Assembly (NCBI RefSeq): GCF_000007985.2
Contig: NC_002939.5
Coordinates: 3,782,129 to 3,814,128 of the forward strand
Reading direction: 5' to 3'
Length of the DNA stretch: 32,000 nucleotides
Source: Geobacter sulfurreducens PCA
GTDB taxonomy: Bacteria; Desulfobacterota; Desulfuromonadia; Geobacterales; Geobacteraceae
Position numbers and translations under genes: made by a program. Below, in pieces: positions 17,760 to 25,905 of this stretch (its first letter is position 1; each line of letters opens with the position of its first letter). Under the pieces are notes generated by a model. The model saw nothing but the letters and a program-made list of their open reading frames with translations, was not told where the DNA came from and did no database searches.

Positions 17760-17963
17760 TCAGTAGTGGGGAGGCGGCGTTTCCTCGTCGGGCGGGCGGG
17801 TTGGCGACGGCGCCACCGCCAGGAACTGCGTCCGCAGGGCCTTCAGCTCGTCTTCCAACCGGTCGATGGCCTGCTGCTGGCGGTAGACCACCTCGTTCAG
17901 TTCCTGGATGGTGTGCTCCAGGTGCGAAAGGTGGATCTCGATGTCGGTGATGCGGTTTTCCAT
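17760..17963 (-). CDS. slyX: SlyX family protein
   Basis: 67-aa coiled coil: MENRITDIEIHLSHLEHTIQELNEVV...ETPPPHY. The C-terminal ETPPPHY matches E. coli SlyX as I remember it. Confidence 0.9.
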   Translation of the reverse strand: MENRITDIEIHLSHLEHTIQELNEVVYRQQQAIDRLEDELKALRTQFLAVAPSPTRPPDEETPPPHY

Positions 17964-17993
17964 GGCTGGTTCGATGCTTGGGCCGGAATGAGG

Positions 17994-18018
17994 AAAAGGC
18001 AGCGCCGGGCTGCCTTTT
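17994..18018 (-). terminator. Rho-independent terminator after hemE (symmetrical A/T flanks)
   Basis: AAAAGGCAGC-gccgg-GCTGCCTTTT: 10-nt complementary arms (6-bp GGCAGC/GCUGCC stem flanked by A4 and T4 tracts) between the hemE stop (18042) and the slyX start (17963). Confidence 0.7.
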
Positions 18019-18041
18019 CCTTGTCCAGGCAGGTAATCGGG

Positions 18042-19064
18042 CTACTTCTGGGACAGCCGGTGCACGCACTCCACCATGTGGATGGCGTTTTCCGGCGGCA
18101 CTGTCGGCAGGATGCCGTGTCCCAGGTTGAAGATGTGTCCGGGACGGCCGGCATTCTCGTCGAGCACCCGCTTCACCTCGGCCTCGATGACCTCTTTGGG
18201 GGCGTAGAGGACCGTGGGGTCCAGGTTCCCCTGCACGGCCATGTTCTGACCGAGCACGTCCCTGGCCTTCCCAAGATTCACGTGCCAGTCGAGCCCCATG
18301 ACGTCGCCGCCGGCCTTCTGCACCGTCTCCAGCATGGTGCCGGCGCCCTTGACAAAGTGGATCACCGGCGTGTTCTGACGGTTCAGGCCGTTGATGAGCT
18401 TGGTGGTGTAGGGCAGAACGTACTTCTCGTAATCGGTGGGGGAGAGGACCCCGCCCCAGGTGTCGAAGATCTGGATCGCCTGGGCACCGGCCTTGATCTG
18501 GGCGTTCAGGTACTCCATGTCCATCATGGTAACCTTGTCCATGAGGGCGGCATAGACGTCGGGAGCGGCATACATCATCCGCTTGATGTTTGCCCAGTCC
18601 TTGGAACCCTTGCCTTCAACCATGTAGCAGGCCAGGGTGAACGGCGCTCCGCCGAAGCCGATCAGGGGAACCCTGCCGGCCAGTTCCCGACGGAGGATCT
18701 TGATGGTGTCCAGTACGTAGGGGACATCTTCCTCGGGGTTGGGAATGCGCAGCTTCTCCACATCGGCCATGGTACGTACGGGGTGCTCGAAGACCGGGCC
18801 GGGCACGAAGTCGAGCTTGAGCCCCATGGGCTCAACCGGAGTGAGGATGTCGGAGAAGAGGATCGCCGCGTCGACATTCAGAATGTCGATGGGCTGAATG
18901 GTCACCTCTGCCGCCAGTTCCGGGGTCTTGCAGAGTTCCAGGAAGGTGCACTTGGAGCGTACTGCCATATATTCGGGGAGATAGCGGCCCGCCTGGCGCA
19001 TGAGCCACACGGGAGTACGGTCAACGGGCTTGCCCCAGCAGGCGTCGAGAAAACGATTATTCAT
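18042..19064 (-). CDS. hemE: Uroporphyrinogen decarboxylase
   Basis: 340 aa: MNNRFLDACWGKPVDRTPVWLMRQAGRYLPEY...FNLGHGILP. GAGGAGGG lies upstream of ATG 19064. Confidence 0.97.
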   Translation of the reverse strand: MNNRFLDACWGKPVDRTPVWLMRQAGRYLPEYMAVRSKCTFLELCKTPELAAEVTIQPIDILNVDAAILFSDILTPVEPMGLKLDFVPGPVFEHPVRTMADVEKLRIPNPEEDVPYVLDTIKILRRELAGRVPLIGFGGAPFTLACYMVEGKGSKDWANIKRMMYAAPDVYAALMDKVTMMDMEYLNAQIKAGAQAIQIFDTWGGVLSPTDYEKYVLPYTTKLINGLNRQNTPVIHFVKGAGTMLETVQKAGGDVMGLDWHVNLGKARDVLGQNMAVQGNLDPTVLYAPKEVIEAEVKRVLDENAGRPGHIFNLGHGILPTVPPENAIHMVECVHRLSQK

Positions 19065-19102
19065 TGAAAACCCTCCTCAGAGAAATTGTCTTTGGAATTT
19101 CG

Positions 19103-19108
19103 ATTATA
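19103..19108 (-). promoter_or_regulatory. Perfect TATAAT -10 hexamer upstream of hemE (no good -35)
   Basis: Minus strand reads gggttttTATAATcg, 39 nt upstream of the hemE ATG in a lower-GC gap. The nearest TTGATG is 23 nt away, too far for a standard -35. Confidence 0.3.
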
Positions 19109-19166
19109 AAAACCCAGAAGCGTGAGATTTGCATCAAATTGCTGCACCCGCAGTAACCCCGGCGGA

Positions 19167-19185
19167 GGCGTAGCCCGGCTACGCC
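19167..19185 (-). terminator. Hairpin after the radical SAM gene (no U tract)
   Basis: GGCGTAGCC-C-GGCTACGCC: 9-nt inverted repeat about 50 nt downstream of the stop at 19237. Confidence 0.3.
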
Positions 19186-19236
19186 GCACAAGGGGGTGAC
19201 GAGGACGACGCCAACACGGCGTAACTATCGCGTTCC

Positions 19237-20307
19237 TTACGCCTTCTTCTGAAGGCGTATCGGCACGTAATTACAGAACGGCTCCTCTTCCATGTAATCC
19301 CCATAGACCGCGTCGGCCCGGGCCCGGCAGCCGCCGCAGACGTTGATGAACTCACACTCGCCGCATTTCCCCTTGTATGCCTTGAAGTTACGGAGATCCT
19401 TGAAGATTTCCGAGTTCTCCCAGATTTCCCGGAAGGGGATTTCCTTCACGTTGCCGGCAGTACGGTGGAAGTAGGAGCAGGGCTTTACGTTGCCGAAGCA
19501 GTCGATGAGACAGATGGTCTGGGCCGCGATGCATCCTTTGCCGCCGCCGGTGGAGAAGGTCAGGGAGCGGCGTTCGAACTTGACCCCTTCCTGCTTGGCC
19601 CGCATGGGGACCATCCGGTAGTAGTGGGGGGCACAGGTGGGGCGCATGAGAATTTCGTCCTCAAGCTTCTCCTGCTGGTAGTGCCACTCCAGGATCTCCT
19701 CGTAGTCCTCCTTGGAGATGAGCTCGTTCATGATCTCCTCGCCCCGGCCCGTGGGGACGATCATGAACATGTACCAGGCAGTGGCGCCCAGGCTCTTGGC
19801 CAGCTTGAAAGTGTTGGCGATATCGTGCTGGTTCCGTTTGGTAAAGGAAGAATTTATGAGGAATTTCTGGCCGTTACGCCGGAAGATTTCGGCGGCCCGC
19901 ACCACTCCCTCGAAGGCACCGGGACACTGGCGGAAATCGTCGTGGACCTCGGCGCTGCTGCCATCCAGAGAGAGGGACACCATCTTGATGTCCGCCTTCC
20001 TCATTTTGGCGCAGATTTCGTCGGTGACCAAGGCGCCGTTGGTGGCCATGCACATCCGCAGCCCCAGAGAGGTGCCGTACTCGGCCAACTCAAAGATATC
20101 CTGGCGCATGAGGGGCTCACCGCCCGAAAGAACGATGACCGGTTTTGAGAAATCGGCAATCTCCTTCAGGAGCTTCTTCCCTTCCTCGGTGGTGAAATCA
20201 CCTTCGGAGGAGGTCAGGTCAGAGGAACAGCGACAGTGGACGCACTTGAGGTTGCATTTCTGGGTGGTTTCCCAGGCAACCCACTTGGGAATGAATTCTT
20301 CGGCCAT
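19237..20307 (-). CDS. Radical SAM / SPASM-domain protein, AhbC/AhbD/NirJ-like
   Basis: [14 protein letters not shown] (CxxxCxxC) near the N-terminus and the C-terminal Cys-rich auxiliary-cluster region [19 protein letters not shown]...[17 protein letters not shown]. 356 aa. Confidence 0.85.
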   Translation of the reverse strand: MAEEFIPKWVAWETTQKCNLKCVHCRCSSDLTSSEGDFTTEEGKKLLKEIADFSKPVIVLSGGEPLMRQDIFELAEYGTSLGLRMCMATNGALVTDEICAKMRKADIKMVSLSLDGSSAEVHDDFRQCPGAFEGVVRAAEIFRRNGQKFLINSSFTKRNQHDIANTFKLAKSLGATAWYMFMIVPTGRGEEIMNELISKEDYEEILEWHYQQEKLEDEILMRPTCAPHYYRMVPMRAKQEGVKFERRSLTFSTGGGKGCIAAQTICLIDCFGNVKPCSYFHRTAGNVKEIPFREIWENSEIFKDLRNFKAYKGKCGECEFINVCGGCRARADAVYGDYMEEEPFCNYVPIRLQKKA

Positions 20308-20391
20308 GGATTCTCCGTTCGTGTGACAATCCTGTAAATCCTACTAAAATAACCTCGACAGCACAAGAAGTTTAGCGGCCGGGGGCCGGTA

Positions 20392-21222
20392 CTACTCTGC
20401 CATCTTTCGATTGAAGATGGCCACCGTGGCGACGAAGGCGGCCAGAGCGGTAATGGCGAGGATGGCAATCAGGCCGGCATCGAGAGCACCTGCCAGGAGA
20501 GCCCTGCGGGATCCCTCGAACAGGGCCGTGGTGGGGATGAGCATGACCGTGGCTCGCAACGCCTCGGGATAGGACGATACCGGGAAGAAGACCCCTGACA
20601 GGAAGATGAGGGGCATAATGACCACTGCCTGAACCTTGCCTATGGTCTCGGGTTTGTCCAGGAGCGTCCCGCAGACCGTCCCGGCACAGGAAAAGACCAT
20701 GGAACCAAGAATGATGAAGGAAAGATAGGCCACCAGGTGGGTGGGGTCGAACCGGACGCCGGTGAGAAGGAAGATGACCGCAGCCACGGCCACCCCCTTG
20801 AGGGCGCCCTGGGTGAAACCCGAGAATATCTTGCCGATGACGATATCGTAGACGGTGATCGGGGTGACCCGGTAAGCCTCGATGGTCCGCTGAACCTTAC
20901 GGTGAAACCACATGCTCCAGGCGCTCTCGTCGAAGGCGGCAGAAACGGCGGTCATGGTGATGAGCCCCGGCGCCATGAACACGGTGTATGGCACCCCTTC
21001 CACATCGGCAATGTAGCCGCGAAGGCCGAAGCCGAAGGCGAGGTAAAAGGTGAGGGGAGCGGCCACCACCGCCGCCAGTTCCGAGAAGAGGCTGCGGCGG
21101 AGCACCAGCATGTCGCGCTTCCAGATGGAAAAGGCGCCTGTCAACACGGTTCCCCGCCTCCTGCGGCGCAGATCACCCCCGGACCGGCGGAATGCCGACG
21201 CTGCTGCGCGTTCAGCCGCCAT
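20392..21222 (-). CDS. ABC-2 type transporter permease (no adjacent ATPase)
   Basis: 276 aa, about 6 TM segments. ABC-2 style core FSIWKRDMLVLRRS...WFHRKVQRTIEAYRVTPITVYDIVIGK. ATG lies 24 nt after the def stop. Confidence 0.82.
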   Translation of the reverse strand: MAAERAAASAFRRSGGDLRRRRRGTVLTGAFSIWKRDMLVLRRSLFSELAAVVAAPLTFYLAFGFGLRGYIADVEGVPYTVFMAPGLITMTAVSAAFDESAWSMWFHRKVQRTIEAYRVTPITVYDIVIGKIFSGFTQGALKGVAVAAVIFLLTGVRFDPTHLVAYLSFIILGSMVFSCAGTVCGTLLDKPETIGKVQAVVIMPLIFLSGVFFPVSSYPEALRATVMLIPTTALFEGSRRALLAGALDAGLIAILAITALAAFVATVAIFNRKMAE

Positions 21223-21246
21223 GGCGGTCCGTAGCCTGGCTGGCCG

Positions 21247-21756
21247 TTACTTATAATTTTTCCGCCGGAAGAGGCCCGTTTTGATCGAGACAATCCGGTC
21301 GAGGAACAGGATGCCGTCCAAGTGGTCCATCTCGTGCTGGATTGCGACGGCCTCGAAGCCGGAGGCCGTGATCTCCCGCTCCGAGCCATCCGCGCCGTCC
21401 AGGAAGCGGACCCGGACCTCGGTGGAGCGCTCCACGTCTCCCGTGTAGTCGGGGACGCTCATGCATCCTTCGCGCATGACCGCATTGCCCGACCGGTCAA
21501 CGATCTCCGGGTTGACCATGAGGAGCAGCCCGTGGTTGTTGTCCTTGCCGTGGCGGCTGCCCGAGACGTCAATGACGCAGACCCGCAAGGTGACGCCGAT
21601 CTGGGGGGCGGCAACGCCCACGGAGCCGGGACCTTCACGCATGGTCTCGATCAGGTCGTCGATCAGCCCCCTGATGGCCTCGTCGATGGCCGTGACAGTA
21701 TGACATACCTTCTTCAGGACGGGATGGGGATACTGCAGTATGGTCTGTGCTGGCAT
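21247..21756 (-). CDS. def: Peptide deformylase
   Basis: The three signature motifs are present: GVAAPQIG, EGCMSVP, HEMDHLDG. Confidence 0.96.
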   Translation of the reverse strand: MPAQTILQYPHPVLKKVCHTVTAIDEAIRGLIDDLIETMREGPGSVGVAAPQIGVTLRVCVIDVSGSRHGKDNNHGLLLMVNPEIVDRSGNAVMREGCMSVPDYTGDVERSTEVRVRFLDGADGSEREITASGFEAVAIQHEMDHLDGILFLDRIVSIKTGLFRRKNYK

Positions 21757-21760
21757 GGCG

Positions 21761-22318
21761 TCAGAGGGAAACCGGTGTGATTGAGCGCACCGAGATCTCC
21801 ACGTTCAGCTCCTTCCTGATTTCTTCGAGCATGGCCGACACCTGGTCCACCGAGATCCCCTCCGGCAGCGCGGCCTCGATCATCATCACATAGACCGGTT
21901 CACCTTTTTTCCCTACCAACTTTGTGTTGAGGTCGGTGATATTGATGCTGCGCTCGGCCAGCTCCTTGGTCACCCGGTAGACGATGCCCGGCTTGTCCGA
22001 CCCGTAGACCGACAGCATGCAGATTTCCCCTTCGGGGGCGCGGTACTCGGCCTCGTCGGGGGTCATTGTACGGGCGGAGACGGTGAGGCCCATATCCTCG
22101 CCAAGCACCCGGAATTCTTCGAGCAGCCTGCTCTTGGTGAACGGCTTGGGGTGGGAGATGATGAGGATCATGGCGAACTCCCCTCCCAGCATGGTGGAGC
22201 TGGAGTCCTCGATGTTGCAGCCGAGTCGGTAGAGAATGCCGGTAGTCCCGGCGACGATGCCGGGCCGGTCCTTGCCGACGACGGAAAGGGCGAAGTGGAC
22301 AACTGAATCCTTGGTCAT
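21761..22318 (-). CDS. Tandem ACT-domain protein (GcvR-like)
   Basis: Two ACT repeats: VVGKDRPGIVAGTTGILYRLGCNIEDSS and VYGSDKPGIVYRVTKELAERSINITDLN. ATG 22318 is preceded by GGGAGG. Confidence 0.85.
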   Translation of the reverse strand: MTKDSVVHFALSVVGKDRPGIVAGTTGILYRLGCNIEDSSSTMLGGEFAMILIISHPKPFTKSRLLEEFRVLGEDMGLTVSARTMTPDEAEYRAPEGEICMLSVYGSDKPGIVYRVTKELAERSINITDLNTKLVGKKGEPVYVMMIEAALPEGISVDQVSAMLEEIRKELNVEISVRSITPVSL

Positions 22319-22374
22319 GGTGTGCCTCCCGGGGTCGATGCCCGGCAAAAGTGTCTGCCGATTTGGTTCATTAA

Positions 22375-22403
22375 TCTATAGCAGATGCGGGAGGCCATGG
22401 CAA
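22375..22403 (-). promoter_or_regulatory. Candidate sigma-70 promoter for the ACT-def-permease operon
   Basis: Minus strand reads TTGCCA (22403..22398), 17-nt spacer, TATAGA (22380..22375). It sits about 57 nt upstream of ATG 22318. Confidence 0.45.
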
Positions 22404-22409
22404 GACCGG

Positions 22410-22712
22410 CTACCCGAGCCCCAGCCGCTCCCGGGCCGTCTCCACGAGGCAGTCGAAGACCATCTCGCGGCTTTCGATGAAGCGTGGCATGTCCTGGTGC
22501 ATGATGTCTTCGAGCAGGTTAAGGACCCGGCCATCGCTGGAGCCCAGTTCGTTCATCACCGCTTCCATCATCGCCACAACTTCATAGAGGTCGTCCCGGT
22601 TGAAGGGGGACGGATCGGGCTTGCACCGGAACTTGGGCTGGTCGCGGTTGACCACGTCCTTGGGATATTTGTAAAAGAGGTCAGACGCCTTGAGCTTTAC
22701 CGGCATGGCCAT
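22410..22712 (-). CDS. Hypothetical 100-aa soluble protein
   Basis: MAMPVKLKASDLFYKYPKDVVNRDQPKFRCKPDPSPFNRDDLYEVVAMMEAVMNEL... High GC3 and GGAAGGAG upstream of ATG 22712. No family recognised. Confidence 0.6.
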   Translation of the reverse strand: MAMPVKLKASDLFYKYPKDVVNRDQPKFRCKPDPSPFNRDDLYEVVAMMEAVMNELGSSDGRVLNLLEDIMHQDMPRFIESREMVFDCLVETARERLGLG

Positions 22713-22760
22713 TGTTCTCCTTCCGCTTTGATCAATCCCGCGCGCACCACTGGCCACCGC

Positions 22761-23768
22761 TCAAGTGACGCAGACGAAATCCTCTCCCTCACGCAAGCCC
22801 GCCCTGCGGGCCCAGGCCCGAACTCCATCCCGCGCCCCCCGGGTTCCCACGGTAACGAGGATCTTTTCAGCGCCCGCCCTGACGTCATCCGGTGCCGTCA
22901 CCGGCGCCCCGTGGAGGATTCGACCCTGTTTCCGCGGGTCCACGTCGAGCCATCGGCCCACCCGCACCCCCTCCCGCGCCAGGGCTCGTTGCCACGCCCT
23001 CCCCTCCAGCCCGGCCCCGGCCAGGGTGACGTTGTCCACACCCAGCAGGAACCCCTGACACAGGTGATGGATCTTGCAGGCGCGGAAGGCATCGGCGGCA
23101 TATTCCCCCATGGTGCGGGTCGCGCGCTCGGGGCGCTCCCGCCAGAAGAACAGCACCTCCGGCAGCCGCGTGAACCTGACCCCCCCGGCTGCAAGCCTCA
23201 GCCAGAGGTCGTAATCTTCTGCCCATCCGGTCTTCCGGTAGCCTCCGGCATCTGTCAGAGCCTGCCGGCGAGCCATGACACTCGGGTGGACGACCGGCGA
23301 CTCCACAAAGCGGTCACGCATGATTTCCTCGTGAGTCAGCAGGCCGTTTTGCCACTCTTCATAGGCACGCATGCCGAGTCCCACCGAGTGTCGGGGAAAG
23401 TGGCGAAACCGGGTGGCCACGAGTCCCAGGCCGGGATCCGCGTCAAGGGCAGCGGCCTGGCGTTCCAGCCTCTGCGGGTGGGATATGTCGTCACCGTCCA
23501 TGCGGGCCACGAGTTCCGCACGGCAGTGGGCGAGGCCGTAATTCAGGGCATCTACCAGTCCCGCGCCCGCGTTGTTGAACACCCTCACCCGCCGGTCTCG
23601 GGCCGCGGCCACGCGCAACAGCTCCGGCGTGTCGTCGGTGGAGCCGTCGTCCACGACAATGAGTTCCCATGCCGTCAGGGACTGCCGGCACAGGGAGGCC
23701 AGGGCAGCGGGCAGGAAGCGCTCTTCGTTGCGGACCGGCATGAGAATCGACACGCGGGGTGCGCTCAC
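22761..23768 (-). CDS. Family 2 glycosyltransferase with an extra C-terminal Rossmann-like domain
   Basis: VSILMPVRNEERFLPAALASLCRQSLTAWELIVVDDGSTDDT...DGDD. The GTG start overlaps the thioesterase stop (GTGA). Confidence 0.85.
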   Translation of the reverse strand: MSAPRVSILMPVRNEERFLPAALASLCRQSLTAWELIVVDDGSTDDTPELLRVAAARDRRVRVFNNAGAGLVDALNYGLAHCRAELVARMDGDDISHPQRLERQAAALDADPGLGLVATRFRHFPRHSVGLGMRAYEEWQNGLLTHEEIMRDRFVESPVVHPSVMARRQALTDAGGYRKTGWAEDYDLWLRLAAGGVRFTRLPEVLFFWRERPERATRTMGEYAADAFRACKIHHLCQGFLLGVDNVTLAGAGLEGRAWQRALAREGVRVGRWLDVDPRKQGRILHGAPVTAPDDVRAGAEKILVTVGTRGARDGVRAWARRAGLREGEDFVCVT

Positions 23769-24157
23769 GGCATCTCCGGCATCAAGGCTTGGATCAGCTC
23801 GGCGGGGAGACGTTTGGGCTTCATCCCCGGCCCGACGCAGACGAGGGTCACCTTGCCCCCAACCAGCAGCTTGCCGTCCAGGCAGCGCACCACCTGCTGT
23901 CCCACGGTAAATGAGGTTTTGCCCACCTCAAGCACCTCGGTCTCAACCCGGACAAGATCGTCCAGCACTGCCGGGGCACGAAAGTCGATCTCCATCCGCA
24001 CGACCGGAAAAATGCAGCCTCGGTCGGCCAGCTCCCGGACCGAAAGTCCGCGTTCCCGCAGGAACTCGCATCGTCCCCGCTCGAAAAAGCCCAGGTAGCG
24101 CGCATGATAGACTACGCCGCCGGCGTCGGTGTCCTCATAGTAGATACGGAATTCCAC
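23765..24157 (-). CDS. YbgC/4HBT-family acyl-CoA thioesterase
   Basis: EFRIYYEDTDAGGVVYHARYLGFFERGRCEFLRERG is a hotdog-fold signature. GTG 24157 is preceded by GAGGAG. Confidence 0.88.
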   Translation of the reverse strand: MEFRIYYEDTDAGGVVYHARYLGFFERGRCEFLRERGLSVRELADRGCIFPVVRMEIDFRAPAVLDDLVRVETEVLEVGKTSFTVGQQVVRCLDGKLLVGGKVTLVCVGPGMKPKRLPAELIQALMPEMP

Positions 24158-24171
24158 TCTGGCTCCTCACG

Positions 24172-24199
24172 AAAAAAAAGAGGCTGTGAGCCTCTTTTT
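24172..24199 (-). terminator. Rho-independent, probably bidirectional, terminator after the lipoprotein gene
   Basis: A8-GAGGCT-gtg-AGCCTC-T5. On the minus strand the stem is followed by U8. Confidence 0.8.
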
Positions 24200-24219
24200 A
24201 ATGGCAGATGGGGCTGCGG

Positions 24220-24960
24220 TTACTTGAATCTCAACACCACGTTGGAGGTCACGCCGGTCTCACGCTCCCGCAGCTGCAGGCGCAATTCCTTTGCACTTCC
24301 GGCTTCGGCAGGGAAGAACAGGAAGCCGCTGGCAATGCTGTCTGCCGGCAGAGCTTTCCCCTCAAGCCCCTTGTTACGGATATCTTCGATAATGGTGCGC
24401 TCGCGCTCGCCCGACGTCCCTTCGGAAACACCGCCGGCAATGGCTCCGCCGGCTGCGCCGACGGCTGCCCCCTTGCCCACCGCCTCGGCAACGCTGTGCC
24501 CCGAGACGATGCCGATGGCCGCACCGAGAATCGCACCGCCGGCCGCACCGAGCAGTGCTCCCTTCCCAGCTCCCTTGCCGAAAAAGGAGGCGAACTGGGT
24601 CGACTTCTCGATTCGGTCAACGGCGGTCGTGTTGGGGATCACGGGGAAGTAGCGGTTCTGATCATTCACCAAAAAGGTCTGGCTGGAAACGATCTCAAGG
24701 CTTCTAGGACCCTTGTTGCTCATGACCACCTGCACCGGCATGACCCCGGTCCCGATCACGTCGAATCCGAAAGCGTCGGTGGCGGAGGCCGTGTCGGCAA
24801 AGGCCTCGCCGCCGATGGTCACGCCGTTCACCACCTGACTGTTTATGTAGTCCTCAGCGGGCCTAAACCCGACATACTGGCTCCGATAGGAGGTGCAGGC
24901 CGTGAGGATGAGTGTCGGCAGCAGCACGGCAGCTATGATTTTGAGGATGCGAATTTTCAT
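24220..24960 (-). CDS. Lipoprotein with an internal glycine-zipper segment
   Basis: MKIRILKIIAAVLLPTLILTAC carries a lipobox (LTAC). Gly/Ala zipper: GKGAGKGALLGAAGGAILGAAIGIVSG...GKGAAVGAAGGAIAGG. ATG 24960 has GGGGAG upstream. Confidence 0.8.
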   Translation of the reverse strand: MKIRILKIIAAVLLPTLILTACTSYRSQYVGFRPAEDYINSQVVNGVTIGGEAFADTASATDAFGFDVIGTGVMPVQVVMSNKGPRSLEIVSSQTFLVNDQNRYFPVIPNTTAVDRIEKSTQFASFFGKGAGKGALLGAAGGAILGAAIGIVSGHSVAEAVGKGAAVGAAGGAIAGGVSEGTSGERERTIIEDIRNKGLEGKALPADSIASGFLFFPAEAGSAKELRLQLRERETGVTSNVVLRFK

Positions 24961-25038
24961 TATTTTAATCTCCCCTTTCCTCGACTGGCTAGCAGCGGGA
25001 CTCCGCGGCACCTTACGGTTCACGGGCACCGCGTTTTA

Positions 25039-25066
25039 ATGATATCACCTGCTGGTCGGCACGCAA
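25039..25066 (-). promoter_or_regulatory. Weak candidate sigma-70 promoter for the lipoprotein gene
   Basis: Minus strand reads TTGCGT (25066..25061), 16-nt spacer, TATCAT (25044..25039). The -35 sits in the loop of a 7-bp hairpin CCTGCTG/CAGCAGG (25048..25073). Confidence 0.3.
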
Positions 25067-25199
25067 CAGCAGGGCTGACTGTACGGGAGGCGGGTCCATG
25101 GGCGAAAAACCCCGTGAAGGGCTGCAGAGGGGCGGCTTTCAAATTTTAGCTTTGAGCGGCTTTTAAGGGACCACCAAGGCCGCCTCCTCCCCCGGCAGC

Positions 25200-25227
25200 A
25201 AAAACCGGCGAGAAGGCTGTTTCGCCC
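25200..25227 (-). terminator. Terminator-like hairpin after rsmG
   Basis: Minus-strand RNA forms GGCGA-(10 nt)-UCGCC followed by GGUUUUUGC, 25 nt downstream of the rsmG stop. Confidence 0.5.
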
Positions 25228-25251
25228 ACCAGATTGTTAGATTGTGTAAAA

Positions 25252-25905
25252 TTAACAAAAACCAATCTCAACCAGGGTGCGGGCGTCGCCTGAAAAGGGA
25301 AGGCGGTACTCTGTCACCCGGACAACAGTGAGGCCCATCTCCTCCAGGGCCCCGCGCGCGGCATCAGCCTCTTCCGCGCCCCCCCTCCCCTTCATGGCGA
25401 TGATCGTCCCCTGGGGCATCAAAAGCGGCAGCGCCATTCTCGCAAAGGAGGGAATGTCACTGAAGGCGCGCGATACGATCCGATTGAAGCGACGCTCGAG
25501 CATGCGAGGCAGATCCTCGCCCCTGGCGTGAATGGCCTCGAACCTCCGGCACCCCAGCAAACGGGCCGCGTGGCGCTGAAAGATGATCTTCTTTTCAACG
25601 GCGTCAACCGACACCGCTGTCATAGTCGGGAACACCAACGCCAGGGGCAAAACGGGAAAACCGCCACCAGACCCCAGATCAAGCAGTTCGTCGTCACCGC
25701 TCACCAGCCGACACAAGGCCAGCGAGTCGACAAAGTGCTTCAGGGCGATCTCTTCGTCGCCGGTGATGGCTGTGAGGTTAATTTTCCGGTTCCACTTTTT
25801 CAGCTCGTCGGCAAAGAGGGAAAATAACGTGACCAGTTCGTCACTGATCTCGACACCCAGCTCGGCAGCACCTTCCTGCAGTATCCGGCAGGCCCGGCCG
25901 TTCAC
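25252..25905 (-). CDS. rsmG: 16S rRNA (guanine527-N7)-methyltransferase RsmG (GidB)
   Basis: 217 aa: KWNRKINLTAI...HFVDSL...LLDLGSGGGFPVLPLA. The GTG start overlaps the mnmG stop. Confidence 0.93.
   Translation of the reverse strand: MNGRACRILQEGAAELGVEISDELVTLFSLFADELKKWNRKINLTAITGDEEIALKHFVDSLALCRLVSGDDELLDLGSGGGFPVLPLALVFPTMTAVSVDAVEKKIIFQRHAARLLGCRRFEAIHARGEDLPRMLERRFNRIVSRAFSDIPSFARMALPLLMPQGTIIAMKGRGGAEEADAARGALEEMGLTVVRVTEYRLPFSGDARTLVEIGFC

Noticed and set aside
20376-20388. Hairpin CGGCC-GGG-GGCCG after the ABC-2 permease stop, as a terminator.
   Set aside because: It has only a 5-bp stem and no U tract on the minus strand. It is too weak to list as a feature, although it may still mark the end of the def operon.
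25074-25199. Possible small RNA between the rsmG terminator and the lipoprotein promoter, with a second T5 tract at 25105..25109 (minus strand).
   Set aside because: The hairpin preceding the second U tract is only 3-4 bp. There is no promoter-like element and no compelling structure, so evidence is insufficient to call an ncRNA.
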